Virus record (IMG/VR): IMGVR_UViG_3300020183_004379 | Location: 19,409 to 83,408 of that record | Direction: 5' to 3' (one strand) | DNA: 64,000 nucleotides | Origin: a virus | Program-made: the position numbers and the translations under genes | Shown: in pieces, positions 19,163 through 28,716 of the stretch | How positions within the stretch are numbered: the first letter of the stretch is position 1 | Layout: the number at the start of each line of letters is the position of its first letter | Notes under the pieces: model-generated | Told to the model about the DNA's origin: nothing | The model's database searches: none | Seen by the model: only the letters and a program-made list of their open reading frames with translations

Positions 19163-19164
19163 TT

Positions 19165-19683
19165 TTATTTCTCGCTTGGACCTTTGCGGTCATCTGGAAT
19201 ACTGTCAAACGCTCCTTCTTTGGCCAATTTGCTTTTGATTTCTTCAGCACTGGCCACTCGTTGGCGTAATTCACTGGAACTGAAACTGTGGTCACGGCCA
19301 TTAAAGAACAAGTCAATGCCACGCTTGTGACAAATTTCTCGCCCTGTGAACTCTTTGCCTTCGTATTCTACTCCTAGAATACGCACATCAATTGGCAGTA
19401 TCAGCAGCAGATCCTCTAGATCCTTTTCAGTATTGTACACCCAAACCTCATCAACATACTTACAGGCAACAAGTTGCAGTTGCCGTTCCACAATACTCTG
19501 CACAGGTTTGTTCTTGCTAGGACGATCCAGTGTTGGATCATTCTGCAAAGCGCAGATAAGATATTCACAATGTTCTTTTGCTTCTTTCAACATAGCCACA
19601 TGCCCTGCATGTAGTAAATCAAATGTGCTTGCGGTAAATCCTATTTTTTTGCCATTAATCATTTTGCCCACCAATTCTCCCAA
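19165..19683 (-). CDS. cytidylyl/adenylyltransferase (TagD/HldC-like)
   Basis: FDLLHAGH (HxGH), ERxxxL.ACKYVDEV, RDHSFSSSELR. Confidence 0.88.
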   Translation of the reverse strand: MGELVGKMINGKKIGFTASTFDLLHAGHVAMLKEAKEHCEYLICALQNDPTLDRPSKNKPVQSIVERQLQLVACKYVDEVWVYNTEKDLEDLLLILPIDVRILGVEYEGKEFTGREICHKRGIDLFFNGRDHSFSSSELRQRVASAEEIKSKLAKEGAFDSIPDDRKGPSEK

Positions 19684-20228
19684 GGGAATTCAATCCAGCA
19701 AGGGTTTTCATGTTTGTTAATAATTAGTCCTGCAAAGTCCACGCCTTTGAATTCGCTTGAATCATTGTCTACAACGGTGGCAAATTGAACATTATGATGC
19801 CAGATATCGTTCCAGATTTCGTCGCGGGGCAAGCAACCAGACTCCCAATCGTCCTTGATCCATTGCAATGTGCGCCCAGTATCATTGATATCATCTACAA
19901 TTAAAATGTTTTTGCGAAGTTTGGGGTCAGTTACAGGTGTGTCTTGGGGTCTAGGAACAATGTCTGTAGGTACATAACCAAAGGCAGCCTCGGCCATCCA
20001 CAAGTTGCTTTCTGGTCCCATATCGTTGTCACGAAAGCTAACGTCAAGAGTATGCAGCGGTACATCCAGATATTGACTTAGCAACACAGCTGGCACAAGA
20101 CCGCCACGAGATATGCCAACAATGTAGTCAGGTTGGAAATGAAATTTGTGCATCTGTCTTATGATACTGTGGATGTAACCATTTAACTGTTCATAGCTGA
20201 TGGTAACAATTTTGTTAGGAGTTGTCAT
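19659..20228 (-). CDS. type I phosphoribosyltransferase (xanthine/guanine PRT-like)
   Basis: IVGISRGGLVPA, ILIVDDINDTGRT (PRPP loop), WIEFPWE. Confidence 0.88.
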   Translation of the reverse strand: MTTPNKIVTISYEQLNGYIHSIIRQMHKFHFQPDYIVGISRGGLVPAVLLSQYLDVPLHTLDVSFRDNDMGPESNLWMAEAAFGYVPTDIVPRPQDTPVTDPKLRKNILIVDDINDTGRTLQWIKDDWESGCLPRDEIWNDIWHHNVQFATVVDNDSSEFKGVDFAGLIINKHENPCWIEFPWENWWAK

Positions 20229-20301
20229 ATTCTGGTACCTTTATGTCGTGATTGATAATTGCCTCGTAAAATTTACACATGAGCTGGCATAGGTATGGAT
20301 C

Positions 20302-20787
20302 TTAAACGGCTTTAGTGCCCCCACGCCGGGCGAGATAACTTTCATTGTGTTCCCAATCTTTATTTGGATCTTTACCTACCAAAAATCCCCATTCTCTTTT
20401 GTGTGGACCTGGCATGAACAAGGTCCAAGCAGTTACGCCATCCTTAAGTTCAATACGATGAAAGCTACCAGCCCGGCAACGGCGGAAATGGCCAGGACCA
20501 CGCCAATGCCGTGTTTCACCGATCTTGGTACCTGAGTCATCAAACTCTGGTACCCATTCGTAATAACCTCCCGCAAGTATAAAAGTACAATACGGCCATG
20601 GGTGATCATGTACATCGTCGAGATCTCCTTTAAGGAATTTATGTAAGAAAATATTGAATGGAAAACGATTGCGTTCTTTCAAGAATAGATAATATCTTTC
20701 AAGATAGGGTTCGTCGCTAACTCTATCCATGATGATTCTCTTCCGTTTGAGTTTTTCTAGCAATTTAAGCAACATCGGATTGACCAA
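20302..20787 (-). CDS. cupin-fold metal-binding protein
   Basis: HDHPW...GGYYE...FHRIEL. Confidence 0.7.
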   Translation of the reverse strand: MVNPMLLKLLEKLKRKRIIMDRVSDEPYLERYYLFLKERNRFPFNIFLHKFLKGDLDDVHDHPWPYCTFILAGGYYEWVPEFDDSGTKIGETRHWRGPGHFRRCRAGSFHRIELKDGVTAWTLFMPGPHKREWGFLVGKDPNKDWEHNESYLARRGGTKAV

Positions 20788-21024
20788 TCAAGTGGGTTTG
20801 GGAATGTATTTCTGATCTATCCCGGGTACTTCTATGCTCACACACCAAGAATTCATGTGCAGGTGTTCTTGCAATGGCGTGCGTGAATTCATAGTGGTAT
20901 TGATGTGTTGGTAACATGTTTTTCTATCTCGAAAATAGCCTTGGTATTGTATCAGCTCACATTTTTCAGCAGGTATGCTACACACGACTATTACAGGTAT
21001 AAACAAAGTTACTAGTTCAATCAT
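20788..21024 (-). CDS. small exported Cys-containing protein
   Basis: Hydrophobic N-terminus; four Cys. Confidence 0.55.
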   Translation of the reverse strand: MIELVTLFIPVIVVCSIPAEKCELIQYQGYFRDRKTCYQHINTTMNSRTPLQEHLHMNSWCVSIEVPGIDQKYIPKPT

Positions 21025-21445
21025 CGAATACTTCTTCTTCTAGATAACGTCTCAGTTCTTTGTCTGTAGGCTCAACTGAATAGTTCTGTTTGAAGAAAAT
21101 CTCATATGAATCGGAACCATATTTGCCGATACCATACAGCATTGTAGCATCATTGCCATTCCAGGTCAAGTAGTCCTTACTCATTCTTAGCAATCTTGTG
21201 TACCGTACATTGACCATGCCCAGAGGCTGTATAATACTTTTGACAAAATCTTCGTCAGCATTAATCAACACTTTAGGCCAAGGAAACCAATACAAGAATT
21301 CGGGTAATACTTTTTTTACAGTTACGCGACTGGTTTGATTGAGCATGATAACCCCAATCATGTGTTCCCATGAGTTGCTGACCTGCTGTTGTACCATGAG
21401 ATCTGGTCTCATGGGCTGCAGACATTCAAGAAATTTTGACATCAA
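21017..21445 (-). CDS. MBD4-like HhH DNA glycosylase
   Basis: VQQ..W...VIMLNQTS, PLG, LYGIGKYGSDSYEIF, PTDKEL match the MBD4 glycosylase-domain pattern. Confidence 0.8.
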   Translation of the reverse strand: MMSKFLECLQPMRPDLMVQQQVSNSWEHMIGVIMLNQTSRVTVKKVLPEFLYWFPWPKVLINADEDFVKSIIQPLGMVNVRYTRLLRMSKDYLTWNGNDATMLYGIGKYGSDSYEIFFKQNYSVEPTDKELRRYLEEEVFDD

Positions 21446-21842
21446 CTGTGCCCACGCTAGAGCCTTTGTAGTTTGATTTTAACAGATCGTCCACTCTTTC
21501 TGCAATGGTTTCCCCTGCCGAATTAGGGGGGTCAAAAGCATAACTAGTTGTGCTTTTTGCCATAGCACTGTTTTGAGCATGAGTAGAATCTTTTGTCTCA
21601 AGTTTTTCCAACCTCAGTTGCAGGTTTTTTACATCTTCAAACAGTCTGCGCATGGGTCCTTGCCACAGCTGGTAGCGACGGTCGCCGTGTGCATTATGAT
21701 TACGGGCCAGCGAGGCAATAACCATTAGGTGTTGCAGTGCCTTTTGCACACTGGGATCGTCACTGGTTAGTGCTTCATCAAACAATTCAATGAAAGATTC
21801 TAAATCAAAATCTGCAGAGTCTTTTTCTCTTTGAGCATTCAT
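21426..21842 (-). CDS. phage hypothetical protein
   Basis: Start MNAQR, ATGA-coupled. Confidence 0.6.
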   Translation of the reverse strand: MNAQREKDSADFDLESFIELFDEALTSDDPSVQKALQHLMVIASLARNHNAHGDRRYQLWQGPMRRLFEDVKNLQLRLEKLETKDSTHAQNSAMAKSTTSYAFDPPNSAGETIAERVDDLLKSNYKGSSVGTVDVKIS

Positions 21843-22054
21843 TTTTGATTCTTCAAATTCCAATAGGTATTAAGTGTTTCAAGTTTGTCGCAATGTTCAC
21901 TCATCTTGCTCAATTCAGAATCAATGGCACTCATGATATCGGTATGGTCGTGAATAGCCATTGGGTTTTCCAACATCACTTCAATGTTGGTTTTGTGTTT
22001 TTCGATGCCTGCTTCAAGATGCGCCTGTGTTGCCTTAATAATATCTTTTTTCAT
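21839..22054 (-). CDS. small helical hypothetical protein
   Basis: GGAG SD; coupled. Confidence 0.65.
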   Translation of the reverse strand: MKKDIIKATQAHLEAGIEKHKTNIEVMLENPMAIHDHTDIMSAIDSELSKMSEHCDKLETLNTYWNLKNQK

Positions 22055-22290
22055 AAATCGTCTCCTTCTAGTTGTCTAAGCCAAGCGTCAACTTGGTTTT
22101 CTGCTTCTTCCAGAGTTATGGCATACACTGTGGCAACCATGCGTCCGCTTTTGTTGATCTTTAGATCAAATGGTACTACCCCTGCGCTTAAAATAATATC
22201 AGCATCGTCCAGCTGCCTTACAATGCGGAACTTTTGCATGGCCTTGGCTCTACTGATTAAATTTTCTGTTATTTCCTTAGCTGTTTTCAT
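22051..22290 (-). CDS. small hypothetical protein
   Basis: AGGAG SD. Confidence 0.6.
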   Translation of the reverse strand: MKTAKEITENLISRAKAMQKFRIVRQLDDADIILSAGVVPFDLKINKSGRMVATVYAITLEEAENQVDAWLRQLEGDDL

Positions 22291-22298
22291 CAATGCTC

Positions 22299-22517
22299 CT
22301 AGTTGATGCTTGGTGGCGTTATCTTTATAACTTTGCCACGCAAGTCACTAATGTTATCTACCATGTTGTTGTAATCAGTTTCATTTAACGCACTTCTGTA
22401 TAAAGAAAGGCCTGCTGTGCTCAGAACTGCTGCGATTTCAATTACTTCGTAACCTTCGCCACACAGGTTATCTATCTGTTGCCATACAATCTCATGAAGT
22501 TTATTCAAATTTTTCAT
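22299..22517 (-). CDS. small hypothetical protein
   Basis: ATGA-coupled to folE. Confidence 0.6.
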   Translation of the reverse strand: MKNLNKLHEIVWQQIDNLCGEGYEVIEIAAVLSTAGLSLYRSALNETDYNNMVDNISDLRGKVIKITPPSIN

Positions 22518-23281
22518 CGTGGAGCAAACTCCTGTTGTAGTTTGATATTGTCCATGAACTCTTTCTTAACTCCTGGATCACTTTTGAATACGCCAGTGAG
22601 CACAGTTGTTTGAGTCAATGAACTATGTGCCATGATGCCACGGTTTTCACAACATCCGTGTGTGGCTTGAATGTATACACCTACATCTCGACTTCCAGTG
22701 GCTTTCATGATCTCTCTAGCAATGTCATTGCATAACTCTTCCTGTAGTGTACCACGGCGAGCACACCATTGAGCAAGGCGAGTGTACTTAGACAGTCCAA
22801 TGAGTTTTTCGGCAGCAATGATTCCAATATATGCCACTCCATTAACTGGTTGATGATGATGACTGCACATACTGCGAAGCTCGCTGCGGACAACTAGCAT
22901 GCCGTCATAACGGTCTTGTGTATCGTTTGGAAATGCTGTGGCGCTGGGTGATGGATCATATCTGCCTGCCATAATTTCATGAAAGTACATCTTGGCCAAT
23001 CGCCGAGCTGTACCTTGACTGTTAGGATCTGTTTCTCTATCTATTAACAGTGTATCTAGTACTTGTTCAAACGCAGTTGTGGCTTCATCTATCAACTGTG
23101 TTTTCATGTAATCATCAACATATTCGCTGATATTGTCTCCGGCCCAAAATCTTTTACCATCTCGCCGCATCTTGAATGCAAGATGTTTATGTGCTTGGCC
23201 TATTTCATATCCGCCATTGCCGGGCATAGCATCTAATCCTGTTTCTGAATTATTACTAATGTGTGCTTTGTTGTAAACCAT
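22514..23281 (-). CDS. folE: GTP cyclohydrolase I
   Basis: T.RRLAKMY, SMCSHH, IGLSKYTR, LQEE, HGC...RG. Confidence 0.93.
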   Translation of the reverse strand: MVYNKAHISNNSETGLDAMPGNGGYEIGQAHKHLAFKMRRDGKRFWAGDNISEYVDDYMKTQLIDEATTAFEQVLDTLLIDRETDPNSQGTARRLAKMYFHEIMAGRYDPSPSATAFPNDTQDRYDGMLVVRSELRSMCSHHHQPVNGVAYIGIIAAEKLIGLSKYTRLAQWCARRGTLQEELCNDIAREIMKATGSRDVGVYIQATHGCCENRGIMAHSSLTQTTVLTGVFKSDPGVKKEFMDNIKLQQEFAPR

Positions 23282-23316
23282 TTATTTCTCCGAGTTATAG
23301 CCGAGGATGGCTAGCG
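23282..23316 (-). ncRNA. candidate SD-occluding pseudoknot in folE leader
   Basis: UAGCC-AUCCUC-GGCUA hairpin; loop UCC/CUC complementary to SD GGAG a few nt downstream. Confidence 0.4.
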
Positions 23317-23320
23317 TTTT

Positions 23321-23349
23321 ATTATAGATTTATTTAGATGTTGTGTCAA
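23321..23349 (-). promoter_or_regulatory. composite sigma70 + late promoter for folE
   Basis: Perfect TTGACA-17-TATAAT with TAAATA (23331-23336) in the spacer. Confidence 0.8.
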
Positions 23350-24319
23350 CTGAATTTGATGGGTTATTATACCAGTTCCAGGCTGAACGCACAATATTGC
23401 TCAGATCTGAATGTTCAGGACTCCATCCTAGAATTGTTTTTGCCAATTGATTGCTTGCAACCAATCGATCAGGATCTCCAGGCCTTCGAGGGCCAATGGC
23501 TGTGCGAATTTCTCCAATTTCTTTAGTCACGCAATCCATCACTTGCTGGTTGCTATAACCTTGTGACGATCCAAGATTAAGTGCCAAACACGATTCCATG
23601 TCGCTTAACAGATAAGAAACTGCCAGGCTATGTGCATTGGCTAGATCAGTCACATGCACATAGTCTCGTATGCAAGTGCCATCTGGTGTATTATAATCGT
23701 TGCCATTCAGAGTAAACACAGTGTCATTTCGTATGCTCTCAAGAAGTCTTGCCACTATGTGTGTGGCGTCAGGTGCTTGTCCTAATGTGCCTGATTCATC
23801 TGCACCGCAGGCGTTGAAGAAGCGCAAACTTGCACTCTTCATTCCATACGCTCTATTGAAATCTGTAAGCATGATTTCTATCATGGCCTTGCTCTGGCCA
23901 TAAGGACTTAGAGGATTGTAAGGATCTTGTTCCTGGATGTTGTCTTTGTCAGGCGCTCCATACACTGCTGCACTGCTGGAAAAAACAACCACAGGCGTAG
24001 TGTCAAGATATCTAAGTGAATTGAGTAAAGCAGCAGTCTTTGCCACATTGTTTGTGTAGTACTCGCCAGGATTGGCCACGCTTGGACCTACCAAACTGGT
24101 ACCTGCCAGATGAACTACCGCTTGGGGTGCATGCTGTACCAGTGCATCAACGCAGGTTGGGCTATGATAATCAGCTTCAATGAACTGATCCATGTGTTTC
24201 AGAGTGTGTTCTCTGCGCACACGATCAAGACCAATTACTTCATAACCATCTTCTTTTAATTTCTTACACACATGGCTACCAATGTAACCAGTTGCTCCTG
24301 TAACAAATACTTTGATCAT
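23330..24319 (-). CDS. galE: UDP-glucose 4-epimerase-like
   Basis: TGATGYIGSH, FSSSAAVYG, YGQSK, LRFFNACGA, DGTCIRDYVHVTDLA.AH, RRPGDP. Confidence 0.9.
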   Translation of the reverse strand: MIKVFVTGATGYIGSHVCKKLKEDGYEVIGLDRVRREHTLKHMDQFIEADYHSPTCVDALVQHAPQAVVHLAGTSLVGPSVANPGEYYTNNVAKTAALLNSLRYLDTTPVVVFSSSAAVYGAPDKDNIQEQDPYNPLSPYGQSKAMIEIMLTDFNRAYGMKSASLRFFNACGADESGTLGQAPDATHIVARLLESIRNDTVFTLNGNDYNTPDGTCIRDYVHVTDLANAHSLAVSYLLSDMESCLALNLGSSQGYSNQQVMDCVTKEIGEIRTAIGPRRPGDPDRLVASNQLAKTILGWSPEHSDLSNIVRSAWNWYNNPSNSVDTTSK

Positions 24320-24534
24320 TTTTTATCTCTTTTTTTAACTGCGTCTGACAACATGCTTTTAACCAGTAGAACCACTCTACCTTTTTCTTTTTCCGTTAAC
24401 ACCTGTACCAGCATCTGCTTGTCTTCGTAGCTTTTGGCATTGTCTAAAAATTCCTCAGGCACAGCTAATTTCTTTTTCTTTTTGAGGTCTTTTTTTATCT
24501 TGTCTAACTCGTCTTTGGGATCTGTATCACTCAT
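24316..24534 (-). CDS. small basic hypothetical protein
   Basis: Packed ORF. Confidence 0.55.
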   Translation of the reverse strand: MSDTDPKDELDKIKKDLKKKKKLAVPEEFLDNAKSYEDKQMLVQVLTEKEKGRVVLLVKSMLSDAVKKRDKK

Positions 24535-25021
24535 CTTCTTTGAAGTCTGTTACATTGCCATGCTCATCTGCAATGATAATACGAACTGTTTCTTCTTGCT
24601 CATTGACAATTTCAATAGGACCCCATATCCAGCATTCGGTGTCACTTAAATACCAATCTTCTTGATCCTCTAGTGCATAGAATCCTTCTTCTTCGATCAG
24701 TTCCATCAAACTATCTTGTTCTTCTTCCGACATGTCATCTGGAAAATCAATATCTTCCCAACAGCCATCCCAGGTTTCAATCAGTTCAACATTCTCAATG
24801 TTGTTGTTGTAACAGTTGTTCATGTCAATACTGTCTTTGCGACCGTCACCACCGGGTACAAAATCATATTCAAATTCCGGAGGATTGTCGTCTGTGGTAG
24901 TCACAGTCCAAGAGCCAGTACGCCAACCAATTTTGCGTGTGATTTCTTTACCGTCCTTGACAAAATGTTCATGCTCTTCAACGGTTTTTTTGTAGTAGTT
25001 CTTAACAGTCCATATAGCCAT
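24527..25021 (-). CDS. acidic hypothetical protein
   Basis: AGGAG SD. Confidence 0.7.
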   Translation of the reverse strand: MAIWTVKNYYKKTVEEHEHFVKDGKEITRKIGWRTGSWTVTTTDDNPPEFEYDFVPGGDGRKDSIDMNNCYNNNIENVELIETWDGCWEDIDFPDDMSEEEQDSLMELIEEEGFYALEDQEDWYLSDTECWIWGPIEIVNEQEETVRIIIADEHGNVTDFKEDE

Positions 25022-25030
25022 GATATCTCC

Positions 25031-26107
25031 TCAATTGATAGATTGTACAGGTTCACCACAGTCAGGGCAACACATTTGGCCATCCCAGTCATTGGTGTTG
25101 TTGGCACTACCACTCCAACCGCAGTGATCGCAATTTAATACTTCATCTTGCTCTTCAACAGCAAGTGACAAATACATTTGATACAATTCGTCACGATGAA
25201 ACTGCTCATCTGGGTCATAGGCAATCCCTCGCCATTGTTTAATTTTTAAGGGCGTTTTTGTTCCCCCCCATTCACTGTGCCAGAACTTGCCAGACCATAT
25301 GGCATAATAGATATGTCCCTGCTTGTCTTCTACTTCATACTTGCCTGCAACTACAGGTTTAGTTTTTTTAGGAAACCAATCAGTGAGCCCGTATTTGATA
25401 TCGTCCATGTCACGATATCTTGTGTACCCTTGGTCCGCAGTGTTACTGCCTGCAATGTAAAATGCAAAATCAGATCCTTTGCCATTGGTATCACCGCCAT
25501 CATTGCACAGTTCTTCACCATCGTACTCTGCACCTGTGATAATCTCATTTGAATCAAAATCATCTATGATCAAGCATAGTTTTTCTGGATCAAAAGGAGC
25601 ACTGAGTTCTATGTCTGCTGAGAAGAAAGTTCCTTTGTCAGCAGTATAACCAAAAAATACAACTGTGCCTTTGGGTTGGCTGTCAATCCAAATTTCGTCG
25701 CGAGTGGTCAACTCTACATCACACCCATCAAGTGCTTCTAAACTGCGTTCATACACTACTTCGCTATTTTCATCCAAAATCTGCATGGTGCCAGATGCTC
25801 GGTCTACTCCGTACACATGTCCCATGTTTTCGCATTCATGCCAAGATCCTGGAAAAAATGGCCACATGGATTCTGGTATATTATGTGTTTCAGCGTAATC
25901 ACTGTCCCAGGCAAAATCAGCCACACTCAGTCTGCGTTTGCGAAAGTAATCGTATATGTTTCTATCAACTGTGCCCATGGCGTACTCGCCGCCGTAGCCC
26001 CACAGCTGGATTTTATAAGTTCGCGGTGTGAACTTCAGTACTTTGATCAGATGTTCGTGGTCCGGGTTAACTGGTTCAGCAGTGTTTTGAGTTGATTTCT
26101 TCACCAT
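25031..26107 (-). CDS. hypothetical protein with C-terminal Zn ribbon
   Basis: CDHC...CPDC at C-terminus. Confidence 0.7.
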   Translation of the reverse strand: MVKKSTQNTAEPVNPDHEHLIKVLKFTPRTYKIQLWGYGGEYAMGTVDRNIYDYFRKRRLSVADFAWDSDYAETHNIPESMWPFFPGSWHECENMGHVYGVDRASGTMQILDENSEVVYERSLEALDGCDVELTTRDEIWIDSQPKGTVVFFGYTADKGTFFSADIELSAPFDPEKLCLIIDDFDSNEIITGAEYDGEELCNDGGDTNGKGSDFAFYIAGSNTADQGYTRYRDMDDIKYGLTDWFPKKTKPVVAGKYEVEDKQGHIYYAIWSGKFWHSEWGGTKTPLKIKQWRGIAYDPDEQFHRDELYQMYLSLAVEEQDEVLNCDHCGWSGSANNTNDWDGQMCCPDCGEPVQSIN

Positions 26108-26330
26108 GATAAGTTCCTTTGAGAGTTTCTAGTAGTTTATACTGTTCAAAAAGTTTTGTCATGTCCACACGCTCGGATCCAGATTGCATGAAAAATTTCT
26201 GATCATGTGCCCAAGCCACAGCACTGCGTTGCAAGATGTCGCGAGCCATGCTAGGATTGATGTCGTGCCAATACACAGTTTCAGTTAACAATTGGTGCCA
26301 CAACTCAAAGTCCATCAGGATCCTGGTCAT
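26076..26330 (-). CDS. small hypothetical protein (start uncertain)
   Basis: Packed ORF. Confidence 0.5.
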   Translation of the reverse strand: MTRILMDFELWHQLLTETVYWHDINPSMARDILQRSAVAWAHDQKFFMQSGSERVDMTKLFEQYKLLETLKGTYHGEEINSKHC

Positions 26331-26411
26331 GATGTTTGGTTTCGCTGTCAACCATGCGTATGAAAAAATACATGGCCACTACCAGAAGAATTCCGAGGAC
26401 ATAAATCATGA

Positions 26412-27602
26412 TTAGAATTTACTTTCGTGAGTGTGTTTACGATAGTCAGTGCTCATGCGTAGCCATTGCTCGCCAGAACCTTGCATGATGTCAACAATGC
26501 GATCCACGGTGCCGTTGGTCCAGTCTGAAATTTGTCCTATCCTTGGACTCTCCATGTACAAGAGTTTTTCCAGTTTTTTACAAGCGTCTTTTAATGACCA
26601 AGGAACATATAGTCTTGTATGGTCATTAGCAAAAGTTTCAGGGAAAGACCTATAAGCAGGATATAGAACATTGCACCCAAGAGTATCTGCTTCCGAGACT
26701 GTGTTGGAAACCCAATCTTGAAGGGCGCAATTAAACAGCACACGAGTATCATTGAGCAGAGCATAGTACACATTTTTTTCCAAGTCCTGATGGATCTTCA
26801 ATCTACCGTCGGCCTGCATCTGTCGTGTACGAGCCATGTAGCTGTCGTTGTTGCTACGCAATGGCGCACCAGAGAATACACAAAACTCCACTTGATTGCC
26901 AGGATTGCGTTGGTTGTACAGTTCAATCAAGTCCATGTAAAAATTTGGCTGTTTCTCTTGATCCCAACGAGCTGCAAATCCCACCCGCATGGCTCTTTCC
27001 AAGAAAGGTTTGAGTTCTCCGGGCACACGCTCGCGCACTTCTTCCTTGCCAAAGGCCAGGCCGGATATGTTGTAGATAGGACAGTCCCAACCAGCAATCT
27101 TCATGTGCATGACCATTTCTTCGTTGGTGGCTAGGATCGCACCCCCGGAGTCTCGCACCAACTCGCATACCATTTTTTCATAGATGCCCATCCACTTTGA
27201 CATGCCCCATACATGTACAAAATCATCAGGATCAATGGCTTGAGCAAGACAACGCACAAAAATCCTAGGACGCAGAGACTCAGGCACTTGATTGAGAATG
27301 TAAGGTAAGCTCTCGATACCGGGTTGAAACATGTCTTCAAAGTAGATAACGTCTTCACTTGTGACTTCTCCTTGTTGCATCAGTCGCACCAGATTCATCA
27401 ATTGGCTCATGCCAAAGTAGCTGCGGCCGTGTGCATCCAACACCTGACCAACCACGATCTTTTGCCCGTTGTCTAGTGTAAGGCCAGGAACATAACTAAC
27501 ATCTAGACCGCGCCGCTCAAACACACGCCGGTTCCACTCTGTGAGTTGTAGTGTGTAACGGGCTTTGTATGATTCAAGACCCATGTAGTAGAGTTTACGC
27601 AT
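26412..27602 (-). CDS. GT-B fold glycosyltransferase (candidate DNA/base glycosyltransferase)
   Basis: VGFAARWDQEKQP and QDWVSNTVSEA (E/D-x7-E-like), LYPAYRSFPE; sits inside the deazaguanine locus. Confidence 0.75.
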   Translation of the reverse strand: MRKLYYMGLESYKARYTLQLTEWNRRVFERRGLDVSYVPGLTLDNGQKIVVGQVLDAHGRSYFGMSQLMNLVRLMQQGEVTSEDVIYFEDMFQPGIESLPYILNQVPESLRPRIFVRCLAQAIDPDDFVHVWGMSKWMGIYEKMVCELVRDSGGAILATNEEMVMHMKIAGWDCPIYNISGLAFGKEEVRERVPGELKPFLERAMRVGFAARWDQEKQPNFYMDLIELYNQRNPGNQVEFCVFSGAPLRSNNDSYMARTRQMQADGRLKIHQDLEKNVYYALLNDTRVLFNCALQDWVSNTVSEADTLGCNVLYPAYRSFPETFANDHTRLYVPWSLKDACKKLEKLLYMESPRIGQISDWTNGTVDRIVDIMQGSGEQWLRMSTDYRKHTHESKF

Positions 27603-27906
27603 TGTTGCGATTTCCTGATCTATAGTTGTTCAACCCTCTTGGGCCACGATTGTCTCGATTGAAAGGCTTGCGTGGAGCCTCGTTTGGATCTTTGTTAGCC
27701 CAGTTCCAGTGATTTTTAGTATATCCTCGTTCTTTGAAACGCATGAAATCAGAAAAATCTTTATCGCGTTCATTGTACAATGCTGCCTCATTAAATACAC
27801 GACCGTGTGAAACACAGAACTCGCGATATTTTTCCAAGTCATCATAGATTTGATTGACTTCTGGTTTCATAACAAAGTATTTGGTAAGCCACTTTGGGTT
27901 TGCCAT
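27595..27906 (-). CDS. phage hypothetical protein (start MANPK)
   Basis: AGGAG SD. Confidence 0.7.
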   Translation of the reverse strand: MANPKWLTKYFVMKPEVNQIYDDLEKYREFCVSHGRVFNEAALYNERDKDFSDFMRFKERGYTKNHWNWANKDPNEAPRKPFNRDNRGPRGLNNYRSGNRNNA

Positions 27907-27920
27907 CTTGATTTCTCCTA

Positions 27921-28367
27921 TTATACTGGATGGTAAAAAGTTTTTTCTGGGGTGCGGGGATCTCGATAAACAATTTCGCAACCGTTTTCGTCGTCTTCGC
28001 TTACAGAGATAATAACATGTCTGCCAGGATAGCGCAAGTTGATTTGAGTGTACAAGTCGTCTGCGATCATTTCGCAGCTTTTGTAATCCAGTTCTAGAAC
28101 CGAATTGGAACCATTATACAGGCTTTCCAGCCATCGTTTGAATTGGATGAACTCGATGTCCCGATCATTGTGGAACACAGAGATTGACACCCGAAAGTGA
28201 AAGATATGGCGATGAGGGTAACCAAGAAAAGATACATCCGCAAGACGAGGATCCTCCAGTGCTGCTGGGTATTTATGTATGCCTTCTTTTTGAAATCGTA
28301 CCCAGATCATGCGATCTGCAACTTCGCTGTTAATATTTGTTTGTTCGCGTTCTGCAAAAATACTCAT
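27921..28367 (-). CDS. dpdL: DpdL-like T-fold (QueD paralogue), putative CDG decarboxylase
   Basis: FLGYPHRHIFHF = LxxxHRHxF signature; RDIEF, SCE, VSEDDENG. Confidence 0.72.
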   Translation of the reverse strand: MSIFAEREQTNINSEVADRMIWVRFQKEGIHKYPAALEDPRLADVSFLGYPHRHIFHFRVSISVFHNDRDIEFIQFKRWLESLYNGSNSVLELDYKSCEMIADDLYTQINLRYPGRHVIISVSEDDENGCEIVYRDPRTPEKTFYHPV

Positions 28368-28516
28368 TTGCCAAACCATCCTTTGATAGTGTTAATTAAT
28401 GTTAGATATCGAAAGTGATATGGAGTAAAATTCCACATGGGTGGATGCAATGGGCATCGACCTTGATTGTAGTCACAGGCCGGAGTGTACTCTTTGCCGC
28501 AAGTGTCACAGGTCAT
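28364..28516 (-). CDS. small Zn-ribbon protein (below ORF-track cutoff)
   Basis: MTCDTCGKEYTPACDYNQGRCPLH...; coupled by ATGA overlaps at both ends. Confidence 0.6.
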   Translation of the reverse strand: MTCDTCGKEYTPACDYNQGRCPLHPPMWNFTPYHFRYLTLINTIKGWFGK

Positions 28517-28716
28517 GACAGTAGCCCTTTTACCATGTTTTGTATGTGTGCATCCTCAAGGAAAAACTGATAGGTGCTGTCATTAACTATTTCACCTTGA
28601 TCATTTAGGCTTTCTCCGGTAAACTCCACGCACCAAAGATTCTCCGGGCTTAGACACTTGTTCATACGCCCTTTTAATCTAAATGCAGGTTCATCTCTAA
28701 TTAAAAATTCTTTCAT
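28513..28716 (-). CDS. small hypothetical protein
   Basis: GAGG SD; coupled. Confidence 0.6.
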   Translation of the reverse strand: MKEFLIRDEPAFRLKGRMNKCLSPENLWCVEFTGESLNDQGEIVNDSTYQFFLEDAHIQNMVKGLLS

